A DNA stretch of 64,000 nt from Azolla caroliniana. Its lineage: Eukaryota > Plantae > Polypodiophyta. This document shows positions 12,920-26,664 of this stretch, one piece after another. Below the pieces are notes generated by a model that searched no databases, was not told where the DNA came from, and saw nothing but the letters and a program-made list of their open reading frames with translations. The stretch spans positions 12,719,930 to 12,783,929 of the forward strand of contig JBHGNT010000022.1 of NCBI GenBank assembly GCA_043228905.1. The letters run 5' to 3'. Made by a program: the position numbers and the translations under genes. Each line of letters begins with the position of its first letter. Positions within the stretch are counted from its first letter, which is position 1.

Positions 12920-13486
12920 TTAAAGCCGTTCAACAACAAAGTGATCGATGACTTGGGCATTGTTATTTGGGTCAGGAAAAGACCGTTGAGGACTCCATGT
13001 ACTAGGGCACTTCCTCATGTATGATTCAATCAATTTATTCTCCTTACACCATTCAGGATCAAGTACCCATTCCTTCGGAACCTGAAAAATATATATATAA
13101 TATAAGCAAAAACAAAGATAAAAACATGCAAAAAACTTCGGATGCATTTTTACACCAAGAAAGAGGATCATAGGAAACTTAATACTTGGCCAAAAAAGAC
13201 AATCATTTTAACTTTCAAAGGTTGATTGGAAGGTTTTCTCACTATTTCTTAAGTTCAAGGTTTTATTCTAATAAAATATTTAAATTTCGTCTGCAATGTT
13301 AGCCAAATTTTAAGCAAATGTTTAAGGAATCCATAAAAACAAAGTGTATTGTCAGGGTTTCACAAGAAAACAGCCCTGAACAGCAGCACATAGACATAAT
13401 TACAACACCTGGAACAGCACATAGATGACAAAGATGTGAAAGCTATATATCTGTATATATCTATATCTCTATCTATATGTATTTAA

Positions 13487-13521
<35 letters not shown>

Positions 13522-16500
13522 GCAGAGAGAGAGAGAGAGAGAGAGATTACTAAAGAAAACACTCTGGAAGAACATACACATGATAGATTAAGAGTGAGTG
13601 AGAAATAAAAACAATTCCTACAGCCTTTAACAGCTTCACAGATATACATTATATACACAATAGATGAAGGGCAGCAAGAAACCAACAACAAACCTTGTCA
13701 ACAGCAATTGTATACACTTCCAGGCTCCCAGATCTTGTGATGTGAAAGCGGGTAAAAGACTTATAGTTTGCTATTCTCAACGAAGAGAATGCTTCATCAA
13801 AATGGAGATGAAACCAGTTGATGCAGATGTAAAGATAGCAGCCAAAGACTAGAGAAACCACAGGCGTTGAGAAGACCCAATAATAAAGGAAGATACTTAT
13901 GAAATACACAAACATATATCCTCGGGATAAAGCTGCCATTCCACTTTTGCATATACTGATGCGAGTCACCGCCATCACCTTGGAAGAGAAATACAAATAA
14001 TGAATTGAACCATTAAAAAGAAATGTCACATGTATGAATAAGTAAACCATCAATATCACATACTAAGATATATCCTTTTTCATTTCAGTTTCCTCATGGT
14101 TAGTTGGTTAGACTAGTATATGTTGTTCCCCATGTGTACATTTGGTGCTTCTTTATAATAATAAAATGCCATATGAATGAGTTAAGCATAAATACCGCAA
14201 TCATCGACATAGTAACTTCTTTGTCATTTGTCTCATGGGTTTCGTTAGTGAAACACAGTTTTCCATGCCTACATTTTGGTGCTTCTTTGTCCGCATACAG
14301 CAGACTCTACCTCCATGCTTGATAGTTTAGTTAATCTCTAAGGTTTAGGTTCTATTATATAATACCTCATTTAGCTAATAAATAAAAATAAATCATGTCA
14401 TTCATGATGATTTTAGATTTGGTTTAGAGTTTTCTGAATTATACAGCTGGAGATGGTGGCTGAGAAAATCTCCAGGTTGAGAGATTATTGAAGTTCAAAT
14501 TGTTATTGGATTGCTAATGTTTAAGACAGGAATGGTTGTCATGTCAAAGGTCATGTTATTGCCACATGAGGCTTTAGAAATGCATAGAGGAGAAGGTTTA
14601 ACATGAGGTACAGAAGATGAAGACGAAGAATAGTCTCGTCATTGATAGGATTGCAGCATAGAAAGTGTCTTCAGGCGTATGGTACTCAAATGAAGAAGAC
14701 ATGAAATGGAAACGAAAGTAACCGTGGTCAAATGTAAGGGCCAAGAATTCATGAAGTGGAAAAGTGCAAACATGAGCTTTCTGGATTCTAGAGACCCTAA
14801 AACAAAGTAACAAACCACTTCATACCAAACAGTGTCGTGCATACAGCTAGCTATAAGTGATTCTATAAATATTATGAGATCAACCAGATGCTTGCAAAAC
14901 ATGTTAATTTTCAACATAAACTCAGCACATACTTATCTATTCAAAATTGTGCTTTTGTGCTTGTTGCATTATTGCAATATTCCAGTTGTATTATTCAGGT
15001 GTTTAAATGTACATTCAACTAGCACACTCATGTTCCCTAAATTTTTATTCTCTATTCTGCCTAAAAAAAGAACTTAAATGAAAAAATATAGTACCTCTGG
15101 AACATCAAAAGCTGACATAAGATACTTGATGCATGCAGGATACAATCCAAATGTCCAATATTCAATCCTAGCCTTCAATCCAGTTGGATCTGGGAAATTT
15201 TCATTCTCAACAGATCTATACCATTCATATAATGTATGATAACCTGCAAAATGACAAAAATCTATGCAAGTTAAAAGATGTCCTTGGGAATAGAAATCTA
15301 AAATGATCTATATACGTCAAATTTAAAAATTATTCATATGTGCGAAAAGATTGATGACAGCTATGTAGAAAGAAATGCCACATCATTTAAAACATTCATA
15401 AACCCAAATTGAAAGAAACTAAATGTGAGCATAATAAATTTCGAGAGATATATAAGAAATCCTGACTTGCCTGCTGTGCCTAAGAGGCCATGTCGAATAC
15501 ATATCTCAATCCCTATCTCCAGTAGTAGCATCAGAACCATGGCCGCAGTCAAATGTGCACTCACATGAACCAAACCCAACACCATACGGCGTTTTCTTGA
15601 AATTTTTGCAGGAACAAATAGATATGAAAATATTAGCAACACCACGGTTCCACCAAGAGATATGTACGAATATTCGAGCATGTTTAGAAACATTGTCCAT
15701 AGTGTCGACAAAAATTCACTTGCATGTCCAATCAATGAATTATCTTGCAGGATCTTGTCAAGATCACACTAAAAACAAATATTCACAATTAGCTTCGAAG
15801 AAAAGAAAATGCTTGCCAAATAGTAACAATACTGAAAACAGAGAACTTAAAAAACACGTGATTTCACTTTAAAAAAACATAAAACCACATGCAATGACTT
15901 CTTATAAAACATTATGCACTCCAGCTCCATTGTAATCATGCAGAGATCATTAAGACTTCATACCATTATCCATAGCTTTGTTTAGGAATATTTCATAATG
16001 CATGAATGCACGCACACACAATGCCCACAGGTGAGTGTGCCTCGCCAAATATTGATGCAAGATCTACAGGATATTCCAATTGATGATGATTATTTACAGT
16101 CAAGAATATGGGGAAACTTTACCACTAAATTTTAACACCCACATAACTAGACAACGGCACTAGTTGCTTCCTAACCAATAAGCAACATTAAGTATAGAAG
16201 AGAAGACAACATCAGTGGGATTAAAAGCATCAGAAAGAGCCATGATGGAAGAAGATTTGTCTCGACTGACAAAGAATACAGAAGACGGGGGCACAGGTAT
16301 CCTATCTATAGCAGGGAAATAGCACCATAAGTTAAGTGCAAATATGCCTAAAAATGTTTGTATATAATAGGCAACCTGCTGTAATAAAGAGAGGACAGTG
16401 GAAGAAGATTTTTCCTGACTGATAAAGGATCCAGGGCGAGGGGTCACCCTAGCTAAATACAGACGTCGAACTGTAGGTTAGCTATTTGTAGGTCTACTGG

Positions 16501-19500
16501 CAATGGTCAAAGGAAGTTGGATATAATAAGCAAGCTCGAGTAATAGAAGACTGCTGATTGCTATTATGTACCCTGCCAAAAGTTTGTGTGTGCATGTGAT
16601 ATATGAGTAGTTGTGCTAACCTGCTCCTAAGTTGCGCCCAGAGTCTATGCCATTGACCAGTTTGCAGTCTGACCAATGGCCTATTCTAACCATTCTGCTC
16701 CAACACCAAACTCTTTAGCAATCCTACATGCACATTGGTGTTCCCTTCTTTCTTCAGCACAGATATGTCATCTTTGGCTCAAGCCATTAGTGCATGCTAG
16801 CATCGACCTTGCCATGTCCTTTCCCAAACCATATGGCACTTCGTACAGGGTTCTTCCCCAAGAAGTTGTCCCACTTCACCCTCAGCAGGATATTCTGGAT
16901 GAGCAATCTTGCTTATCGCCCCTGTTGCGCAACCTTGCGCATTCACATTGCACGCCAACGCAGGACTAAAAGAGCAGACTTACCCAGGATTGCTTCAGTT
17001 CAATGGTTTCAGCTTTTGCAGCCAACAGCAGCCAGGGAACTTCTGTGCACATTTCGCCACACCAGACGCCAGTAGACATCACAGTTGCACTAGTGAAGCA
17101 AGTGTTCAGGCTGTCTGACCACAAACCAGAGGACACACAACTGCCACACAGTGAAGTCGAGGAAGGGAATTTCCCAAGAAAGGTGATATGAAGGATGTAT
17201 AATGGGTGTGCATACCACAGCTTGATGGCTTCCCATTCACTACAGTATGCTTGATGTGTATGTTTGCTGGCCGGATTGTTCCAAGACCAACACAACTGCC
17301 TGTTCTTGCCGCTCTAATGCACTGAACTAATTATGCTCATTCAGATTTTAAACAAATATACAACATTGCATCTATCAGATAAGTTCATCCCCCATTAATT
17401 CATAGAGAACTGACTCAATCACACTTGTCAAATTTCATGTGCCATGGTGCATAATTTCTTGGTAGGACAATTAAGATAAAATGGCAGCCAAGAAGCCACA
17501 CTGGTGTACAGAGGCATGTTTAAAGAGAATAACTGCAAATGATATTACGGTGACGCCTTCATGTTCTTAAATAAGGATTGCACATCCAATAGGAAATTTC
17601 TTCTAACAAAAAGGTTATAGACCATGTTTCATTTCAGACTGCCATCTTATCTGCACAATCTAATGATGATAGGCTGCCTGTATCAAAAGGTCAAATGAGG
17701 ACACAGGAGTATTGGGGCATCAAAAGCTAGTTGTATCAAATCTACCTCCATATTTATGCTTAAGTTACAATACATATTGTATGCATAAATAAGATAGCAA
17801 GACTTCAGTCTCACATAAATAAATGGAGCAGGGCCATAGTTTTACCTGTGGAAATGAAGAAAGCACCAAAACAAAATACACTATACCACCAATCGCATCA
17901 AAACGCCAATTTTTTTTCCGAAACTTCAGGATATTTCCCAAGGCCATCTGAAAATCAAAGACTTATAAGATACCCTAGCAAAGTTAAAACATTTGCACCT
18001 TTGTGTTATCATCACAAAAGTAAACCATATACTCACTCTCTTTGAATCTGAGAATGATGGATACACAGATTTCTTCTCATATGAAGATCCCAAAAAGTAA
18101 TCAAACTTTGCAAACACATGTGTGGGGTGCAGGAAAGCCCCACCACATCCATTGACAATAAGGTGTTCTACATTTGGAAGTTTTTGTGACTTAACAGCTG
18201 AATGGCGGAAGTAATGATGTAAATCACCTGCAATCCTGATTCTGCAACGATCTTTTAAGAGATCTTGAATTAAAATAGACACATTTGTCCCTGTTGTATT
18301 GCGCCAGTACCAATCCAGCAACCAGGAAGGTTCATGTGTCATGATTATGACAGAATCCTTTTTCTTCACCTTGAAATACCAAAATTGTGTGTTCATTACA
18401 TATATCATTAAGGGAATAAAAGAGTTAACAAATGAAAGCCAAATCAGTAGAAGTTACATTAAGATACTACTCAAATTTGAAAAAATAGTAATAATAATAG
18501 ATATAACTACTTGAAAATGGATTCACAGCTCCCAGCTACAGCTGGTTGGTTGTGACCTCTATGCACTACTAGTTCATGCATCTAGATGATAACAGGAAAT
18601 TTGAAAAACACATACAAATTACAAGCTACCATCTACCGCATCAATACAATCCAAATCTACATAAACCTGAACTTATTAAATACATTTGAGTGAGTACCAT
18701 ACGTATATATGGATTTTGTGTATGGATACAATAGGCACACAGTTAAGTAGTAGCACATATATTAACCATAGTTGAGAGTAACATGCCCAAAAATCAAGAA
18801 TGTGAGTCCTGACACCACCAGAGGTAGATTTTGCTATCCCATTATATTTGCATCAAGGCATTCCTAATGAAAGAACAAGCACCATCATGGCTAGTGGCTT
18901 ACCTTCCCCAAGGTTCTGGATCTGTGGATCCCAGGTAACAGCGCAAATGATTCTGGTCCAAAATGCGTGGTAGAAAGCATATCTGATTCAATGCAAATTG
19001 TTCTGCACACTCTTGAAGCACTATATTTAAGATGCTTCACAGCACGGCAAGATAATCGTAGTGTGCCAAGATACTATAGACTATGCCTCTTGTGTTCCAT
19101 CAATGCCAGGAAATCGAATTTTTAAACCATGAGTCTTAGCTCTCAGTATGAGTCAAGGTGCAAGATGTGGTTAACAAAAACTTGATTTAGGGTAACCGCT
19201 TTTCGACCAGGATGATTTTCGTTTTTTGACTATGCCCAATGAAAACAATTATGCTCACCATACAAATAATTGGGTCTTCCTCTTTTTCTAGACACACTAC
19301 AATGACAAAGAATTGATGCATCTGACTTTTTTTATGCCACTCAATTGCCCTGGAATAATAGGCTATGTCGATCTCTTCTTATGTAAAAATTAAAAACTGA
19401 TGCCCAACGGCCAAAACCATAAAATCTGTAACCTAATGAGGTTCACTTTGAACTGTTTCACGACAGATGTTTAAAAGAATGGGCAATAAGACTTCAGGGT

Positions 19501-22500
19501 GTATACTTATATACCTATGTCCAACTTTGTCCGTTAATAAAAACAAAACGTATCAGGTTGCTATTATGATTTCTATACTCTACAAAACTTTATCATAGCA
19601 AAAACATTGAACATTATATTAATTATGATATGGAAAATCCAGTGTGAAACAGATATGGAGGTTTTTTCTGCTAGCTGGACAAAACTACCATTGTACCGAT
19701 CTTCAAGAGCAGAGATCCCATGATATCTAGCAACTATAGGACAATAAGGATTGGGCATTACTTGGCTAAAGTATATGCGTCAATCCCAAAGTCAGAATTG
19801 AATGTATGTGCAGAGAGAAATAGCTGCCATTCAACCAGACAGGCAGGTTTCCAAAAGGGGTTTACCACTTTGGATCACATACGGACACCATCAATGCCCT
19901 TAATAAGGAACGAATAACCCATAAAAAGTAGAAACTATTGTTGCTTTGTGGGTTTCCAGGAAGACTTTGACATTAATAAACATGCTCAGCTCACGGAATG
20001 CCTAGGAAGTCATTGAAGTCCCAGTGGATATGTAATAGGGAATCTATGCACCATATGAATTATTGTCAGGAAAAGTGTGGATTCATCATGGGTTGGCGAA
20101 GGTCGTGACTAGCATGATTGGAATGAAACAAGGATGCCCACTATCACACACTTTTTATCTTTATATAGATTGGGTATATAACTGCATAGAGTATTTGGGT
20201 GGTTCAGGAGCCTGATTGGCAAGGGCAGCCATACCAATATTACTATAAGCTGATATCATTGTGTTTATTTCTGACTACTTGAAGGGACCACAAAGACATC
20301 AATTCTTTAATCACTTTGTATCAACAAATATCTGTCAGTAAACCTTGATATAAACTCAAGTGATGTGTTTTACTGCCATTGAAGTATGGGTAAAGAGATC
20401 AGAACCAGAAGCTAGACAAAAAGAGGTCATACACACAATCCTACACATATAGGAGTAACACTCACCAGGCATCTGTTCTCCAACTTATTTGGGATCTTCC
20501 AAACCAAAAGCACTCAAAATTGGCACATATGTCATCAAAACAGTTGGTTAAATATTGAGATAATCAATATTGGTATGCTGAAATGCAAGAAGGGTTCCAA
20601 TAACATGGCATAAATATAAATACCCTACTCTCACTACTATATTGCTCAGATAGTCCACACCTGAACATGACCAAAGAGAAAAATAATAGAGTGATCTGAA
20701 CTGATATCATATAATTAGATAGTGAGAGAACATGGGCCAACCCAACAACATCTCCTAGTAGAAAGATGGACCATTATAAGGCACTTTTTTTACACATGTA
20801 ACTGAAGGGATTTATGACTTGGCCATTTTATATGAATACGGAACCATCCCACACACACTGTAATGTGATAGGGAAGCTCAAGAACTCTATATCAGTTGGA
20901 GATTGAAATACGCAGACACGGACGCTAATCTATGGACAAATGGCTGTCCATTGTGCCATCAAGGGTAGAATCAGAAGAACACTATGTTTGCCATTGTTTT
21001 TTTTTATGAAATGAGATGGAGATACCATTGTTTCTTTCCAACAAGGCTTTGGCCCACTACACAATGTAATGGAAGACAAAAGTCAATAATCCCTGGGACT
21101 GTTCTTGGGACATAAGAGAGATGCTGAAGCACAACCAAACGACCACAACAGTTCATCAAAAAAGTATCATCACAACTTTCTTTAGCTGCATCACTCTCTC
21201 CTATGCCCCAAATGAATCAAGGGCTACACACGTGGGGTCTCTACTAAACACTCAAAAGTGATTTTACAATAGATAGGATAATAGCAATTCCTCATGAACA
21301 TAAGTGTTATCCTCTTAAGCCACAGCTTCCATCACATTTGTCATCCACAGATAAAGGCCATTATCACCAAGCAATGGAGGTGCTTCTCTCACTTAGTAGG
21401 CCTCGCCATCTTGAAGATCTTTTGGATGTAAAACTTTCAGTTTATCTAAGTTCAAAATCGTAAGTCCTTAGCTTAATGAGATTCTTTGGTACCTTATATT
21501 TAGATGTATATTTTTTGGACTGCTGTTCTCAAAGATGAGACCAACATTTTAAGATGCAATCTCTTGTTCGTTCTCATAGGCCATTTTGGCCTCTTAAAAG
21601 ACATTAATATATCTTTCTTTTGTTCTTTTTTTCTCCTACCTTTCCTCTTTCTTAATAGGAGAATAATATATGCAATTAATCAAATGATTCACTTGGAAAT
21701 ACTAAAGGTGTAGGCTCAATTACACACCTGTTTTCTAATTAATTCAGAAAAGTAGCGAAATTGCAATATGTCTATGTCTGCATAAAGTGCTTGATCTAGA
21801 CCAAAAACCCACCAGCCATGTGGAAGCCGCAATGCAAAGTAGCTCTTCTTTTGGGGTAAAAGCCAACCACCAAGCCAGCTTTTGTGGCAAACGTATCGGA
21901 CAAATGTTTCAAGCCCATCAAGCCAATCTACAAGTGCAAAGAAAAATCTCGTTATTAATTTGTAGAAATAAAAAAAAACTCATAGATACAAGAATTATAC
22001 ACACCATGGTTTCCTGGAATAGCAAAGCATTGTGGACCTTCATAATCAGCAAGAGATTGCACTCCACTTGGAAGCTCTGGTTTTCTGACAGCTATGTGTG
22101 CTTCCTTATAGAAAGGAGGGGGTTGTAATGCATATTGAAAGGGACGGAAAAGACGATTCTCATATGAAGAGGGAGATGGGTTAGGATAACTGCAAAAGCA
22201 GAGTACAATTACATTATGTACACAATGCCACAATCCACAAGCATCATGATGAGCCACACAAAATCTGAGAAAAAAAACGGTGACTCACGCAAGATCTCCT
22301 CCAATCATTAACAAATTTCCACGTTGTAGGCATTTCTGGTTTCCCTCGACCTCTAACTTTAATTGAGGCTGGGCAAGAAGGCGGGCCACTGTATATGTGG
22401 AATTACCACCGTCTCCTGTGTCTGCCATGAAGTCAAACCAGAGTTCTTCACGCTCACTCATATGACTGTACAAAAAATCGTCCTGTTTAGAGCAGGGCTG

Positions 22501-25500
22501 ATCTTTCGCCATAGCAGCCTGTCAGTAGGAAACATCACAACCAGGCAGATGCAATAAGCCACTCCCTAACTAATATATTAGCTTCAAGCTTATGAGTACA
22601 ATGAGCTTGTTGCCCAATAGTAGAAAATAATTGTGAGGGAAGTCAAGGTCTGAGTCCTAAATATGCATAAAACAGCTTTGTTATCATGTCCCAAAACATT
22701 CTGTGCGGCAACAATTCAACATTTTGATCTTACAGCTTGAAAAGTTCACACGAGATCACAATCTTCCTATGAGATTCTATTTTGCAAACCTAACATGATA
22801 TTTGATCACTCCCATATCTTTTATTGGGTTATGTCAAAATCACTGCTAAAAATCGACCATTTATGTACTGAAATACCTGCATGGTTCTCATGTCAAATCG
22901 GCCAAGAAAGAGAGTGACGGATACTAAAAGGTCAAATGCAGTTTTAAACAAGTCAGCTGATGTCCTGCATAAACGGAAACAAATCATAAGTAACAACAAC
23001 AAAGAACCAATTTTTCAAAAAATCCAAAGTTTAAAGGTAGTTATAGAAAAATACCCAGAATACCAGGGCACCATATCCAAGAACATGGGATCCCTGTTGA
23101 CAGTGGCCTGCACCTTGGAATCAGTAACCTTCTGAGGATGTGTCAAAGCCCAACTGTCAATAAACATAGAGAAAACCCTGAAATTTAGTTCTCGGCATCT
23201 CAAAAACCATTTAAATTTGTGATTTTTATAAGACATTTGTTTTGTGAATATATTTACCCAGTTGAGCGCTCAACAACATAATTTGCTATATACAACCCAA
23301 TAAACGTGGCCCACAAAGAGTATACTGGTGATATAATGTTATCAGATGCACCAACACATCCTTCATTGCAAGCTAGCTACAAGTGAAAAAAGGGAATATA
23401 CTGAAATTAAGACTTCCTTTGAAGCATTCAATTAATAAGCAACAATATGAGGAACCAGTTACGCATATACCTCTCCATATAGAACCCACTTCGAAAAGAC
23501 AGGATAGTCATTGGCAGAACCCACAGGCCCTAGCCAAGTAGAGCATATTTGCTCTTTGGCATCATGCCATCCCATGACCCATGTTTTGTTTGAACTTTTT
23601 AAGTAATCGAATATTATTTGACTAGACCTTTGCCGTCCAAAAGGGAGAATCCGCGAGGGAGCGCGGTTGCCACAATGACTGTAGAAGACACAGCAAGCTA
23701 TGCTCAAAACCTGGTAATATTTATGTAACATCGGTTACCCCGTGACAACAAAACTTACATTTTGGATTGATGATGGAAGAATTAAGTTCAAAACAGGATC
23801 TTAACATTTGATCTCAAGATGGACTGTTTGACTTCAAATGGACACATTATATTTGAGTTGATAATGGGAGAATTTTAGGCTCAAAAACATCTTACGCTTG
23901 AATTAGTGAAATTTTCAGTTCAAAAAGTTACATGGCATATGTCCACCGACAACGGAGAATTGAAGTTAAAAACAAATGATATCTTACCACACTATTCTGC
24001 AGTATAGTGAGAATCTCGGGCCTCTTCCCAGCCAGACGGGCTGCAAGGCCGAGATACCATAGCATCAAGAAACATATATGAAAAGCTGCTAGTGCAATAA
24101 CAGAGGATAAAAACAATGTCAAAAAGAGTGATAAGTTCATCTTCAGATCAACTCCCATGGACTGGAAACTCGGAAGATGATAGCATGCTGCAATTAATAA
24201 CCAAGCCACATACCTGCCATCACATGGACAGGGACCATGTTAGGTCCAGAATGCAAATCAAAGCTATTTGACAGAATTAATTGCATTTCACAAACTTCTT
24301 GGGCAAAGGTGTCATGCTGACATGGTCAAAAAACAATTGGTTGCAAAGAAAGTATGGGCGATATCTGAGGATTCGAAGGGTAAAGTGTTGAACCACAATG
24401 TTTCTAGGCAAAATGCTAAAATTGCACCAAGTGGATTTTAGCTTTGTTTCCAACAAAGTTAATTTTACAGTTTTCGCTACGAGGGTACATATTAAAATGG
24501 TGTTATGTGAAATTAAACTCGTTCTCAACTCATAAAATGTAAAGTTTTCTGAAGCTATCCACTTTTAACCATTGGTTAATGCTGAGCACTACATTTTTGG
24601 CAGAGATTCATCTTCTATGTAAACCTAAGTAGAATGAATAAAAAAATACACAAAAGTCCAGTCTCTTAACTATGGCAAACTAGATTGTGCATGGATAAAG
24701 GTTTCCACATTCAATTGACCCTATCTCTAGCCTGCTGTATGCACAACAGTCTCCATCCGATTAATAATCATCATATGCAATGGAAAAGCAAGTAAATTTA
24801 TCCATACATAAGAAAATGGTCTAGGTTCTAGCCTTACTATTGTCTCCTAAATGAAGATTATGTCTGTACACAACAATGTCCATTATATTAAGAGCTATGA
24901 GCCTAGTGCATAGATCAATCAATCTAAATCTAAATGATCTACCTCAAATCTTAATACTGAATCCTAACAAAGGTTATGTGAGTGTAACTAACAATATCCA
25001 GAAGATTGAGGACTATTATAAGCAATGAAGACCATATCTATCAAGATTGTGGATGGATGAAGCCATTTACAATTGTCTAGCTGGAGCCTTAACATTCACA
25101 TCTGCTGAAGGTTATATGTACGAATACAGCAATATCCATGAGATTAAGGACTACTATATCTAATGGAGACCATACCTATCCAAAAGGTGCCTGTATAATG
25201 CGATCCATATGCAAATGGATCTAAATCTACCTTTAATACTGATTCCTACTGAAGAAACGAGGACCATATTCATCTCGATTGTGCATGGATAAAGCCCTCT
25301 ATATGCAGATGTTCTATCTGGAGCCTTATCATTCACATCTACTTAAGGTTATATATACAAATATAGCAATATCCATGAGATTAAGAACTACTATATCCAA
25401 TGGAAACCATACCTATCCAAAAGGTGCATGGATAAAGCAATCCATATGCAAATGCATCTAAATCTAGCTTTAATATTGATTCCTAAAGAAGGTTATGTGT

Positions 25501-26355
25501 GTTAACAAACAGCAATATCCATAAGGTAAGGAACATTACATAGAATCTAGGATCGAAAAAAAAATTCAAATCAAGAATTAATTGATAGAATCATCACAAT
25601 AATGATCATTATATGCAATTTAGAAGCAGCAGACCAGCACAAAATAAAATAAGAGAAGGACAAAAATAGCAATATCCATACAATTCCGGAGCATTGCATA
25701 CTCTCTAGGACCAATATAAGCATAACAATATCCATAGCATCAAGGAATATCAAATCAGCCAAAAAAACAAAACACGACAACAATAACCATAAGTTTAAGG
25801 ACTATCAGATCAAATAAAATAATACATAATTACAATAGAAAACACATTAAAAAAGCAATACAGTACATAGCATACCAGACACAATAAACAGCATCTATAA
25901 TGAACTAAAAAAAATCATAATTAAAAATACAAAAATCTAATATATATACAAGAAACGTGCATAGAAAAAATACAAATAATATACAGATAGAATACCTAAT
26001 ATAGAAAAAATACAGCATAATATGCATATAGAAAAAACCAATTTTAAAATATATACTAAAACTTTAGAATAACTGTAAATAAGGTAACAAAATGAGCTTA
26101 CCATCTGCTGAAGTTGGAGTAGCTAGGTTGGATTGTTTTGCCATAGAATGGAGAAGAGAAGAAGTAGAAGAAGCCCAACAAGCATCCATACATGTACCAC
26201 CATTTGAGATTGTTATCCAATTTGAAGATAAGAGTATGCATGTTATCAGTAGATATGAAAAAAACAGAACCTATAAGCACTGCAAAAACAGCATGTCTTG
26301 AATGCTCGTGTGGGTATGGATATGTATGTGTTAACATTGTCCTCACAGTATCCAT
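12920..26355 (-). CDS. Multi-pass membrane calcineurin-like metallophosphoesterase (At4g11800/At4g23000 family), 15 exons, 989 aa
   Basis: Exons read by eye: 26355-26102, 24213-23988, 23710-23471, 23376-23258, 23153-23055, 22964-22877, 22518-22289, 22189-22005, 21927-21728, 18369-18037, 17947-17846, 15768-15471, 15243-15095, 13978-13694, 13081-12920; total 2970 nt with consistent phases. Family N-terminus THTYPYPHEHSRHA; metal-binding motifs ADTGDGG, GGDLAY, PGNHDW, THEP, GDLHHY; hydrophobic helices on both sides. Confidence 0.95.
16160..17330. repeat. Unclassified GC-richer insertion in intron 11 (probable decayed TE or LTR piece)
   Basis: Composition shifts relative to the flanking intron; internal imperfect direct repeat GGAAGAAGATTT..GACTGA.AAAG.AT.CAG at ~16247 and ~16399; no recognisable domain. 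Confidence 0.4.
19690..21650 (+). mobile_element. Decayed RTE/RTEX-like LINE in intron 9, antisense to the host gene
   Basis: Remnants SNYRTI..LAKVYA, QAGFQKGFTTLDH, GMKQGCPLS, ILL*AD, and C-terminal YQLEIE..CPLC..ESEEHYVC; 3' end homologous to that of the 3796-6036 element. Confidence 0.8.
24930..25530. repeat. Degenerate higher-order tandem repeat in intron 1 (~238-bp period with shorter subunits)
   Basis: CTGGAGCCTTA.CATTCACATCT...AGCAATATCCATGAGATTAAG...CCATACCTATCCAAAAGGTGC...ATCTAAATCTA recurs at ~25081 and ~25319; AAGGTTAT...CAATATCCA occurs four times. Confidence 0.8.
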
Positions 26356-26664
26356 GGCTTAAAATCACTCAAAAGAACATAAAACGCATAGGAAGGATTA
26401 ATGAATGAGGAGATGGGTTGTTTCCTTTTCCCTGAAATGAACCCAAATTTTGGTGAGAGAACAGCGGGGGATGGGGGGGGGGGGGGGGGGGGGTTCTGCT
26501 CTCTGGTTTGTCTAGAAGAAAATAGCAACAAAAGAAGGAAATTGAAGACAGGAAGGAAAGCTAAAGAAGCAAGAAGAAAAAGAAAAAAAGCATCATCCAC
26601 CGCCTGAAATTTTTCTTCTCTTCAAAATTCCTTTGCAATCCATGGTGTGTGAGTAGTAAGGCCC

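Noticed and set aside
14440-14830. tRNA-derived SINE-like A/B boxes (also ~18885, ~33745, ~51280) and a possible LINE zinc-finger remnant
   Set aside because: Too degenerate; no cloverleaf, tail or TSD could be established by eye.
26466-26493. G-run as a functional G-quadruplex (also ~61390 and C-run ~63580-63615)
   Set aside because: Homopolymer runs are common in this window and their lengths are assembly-sensitive; no independent support.
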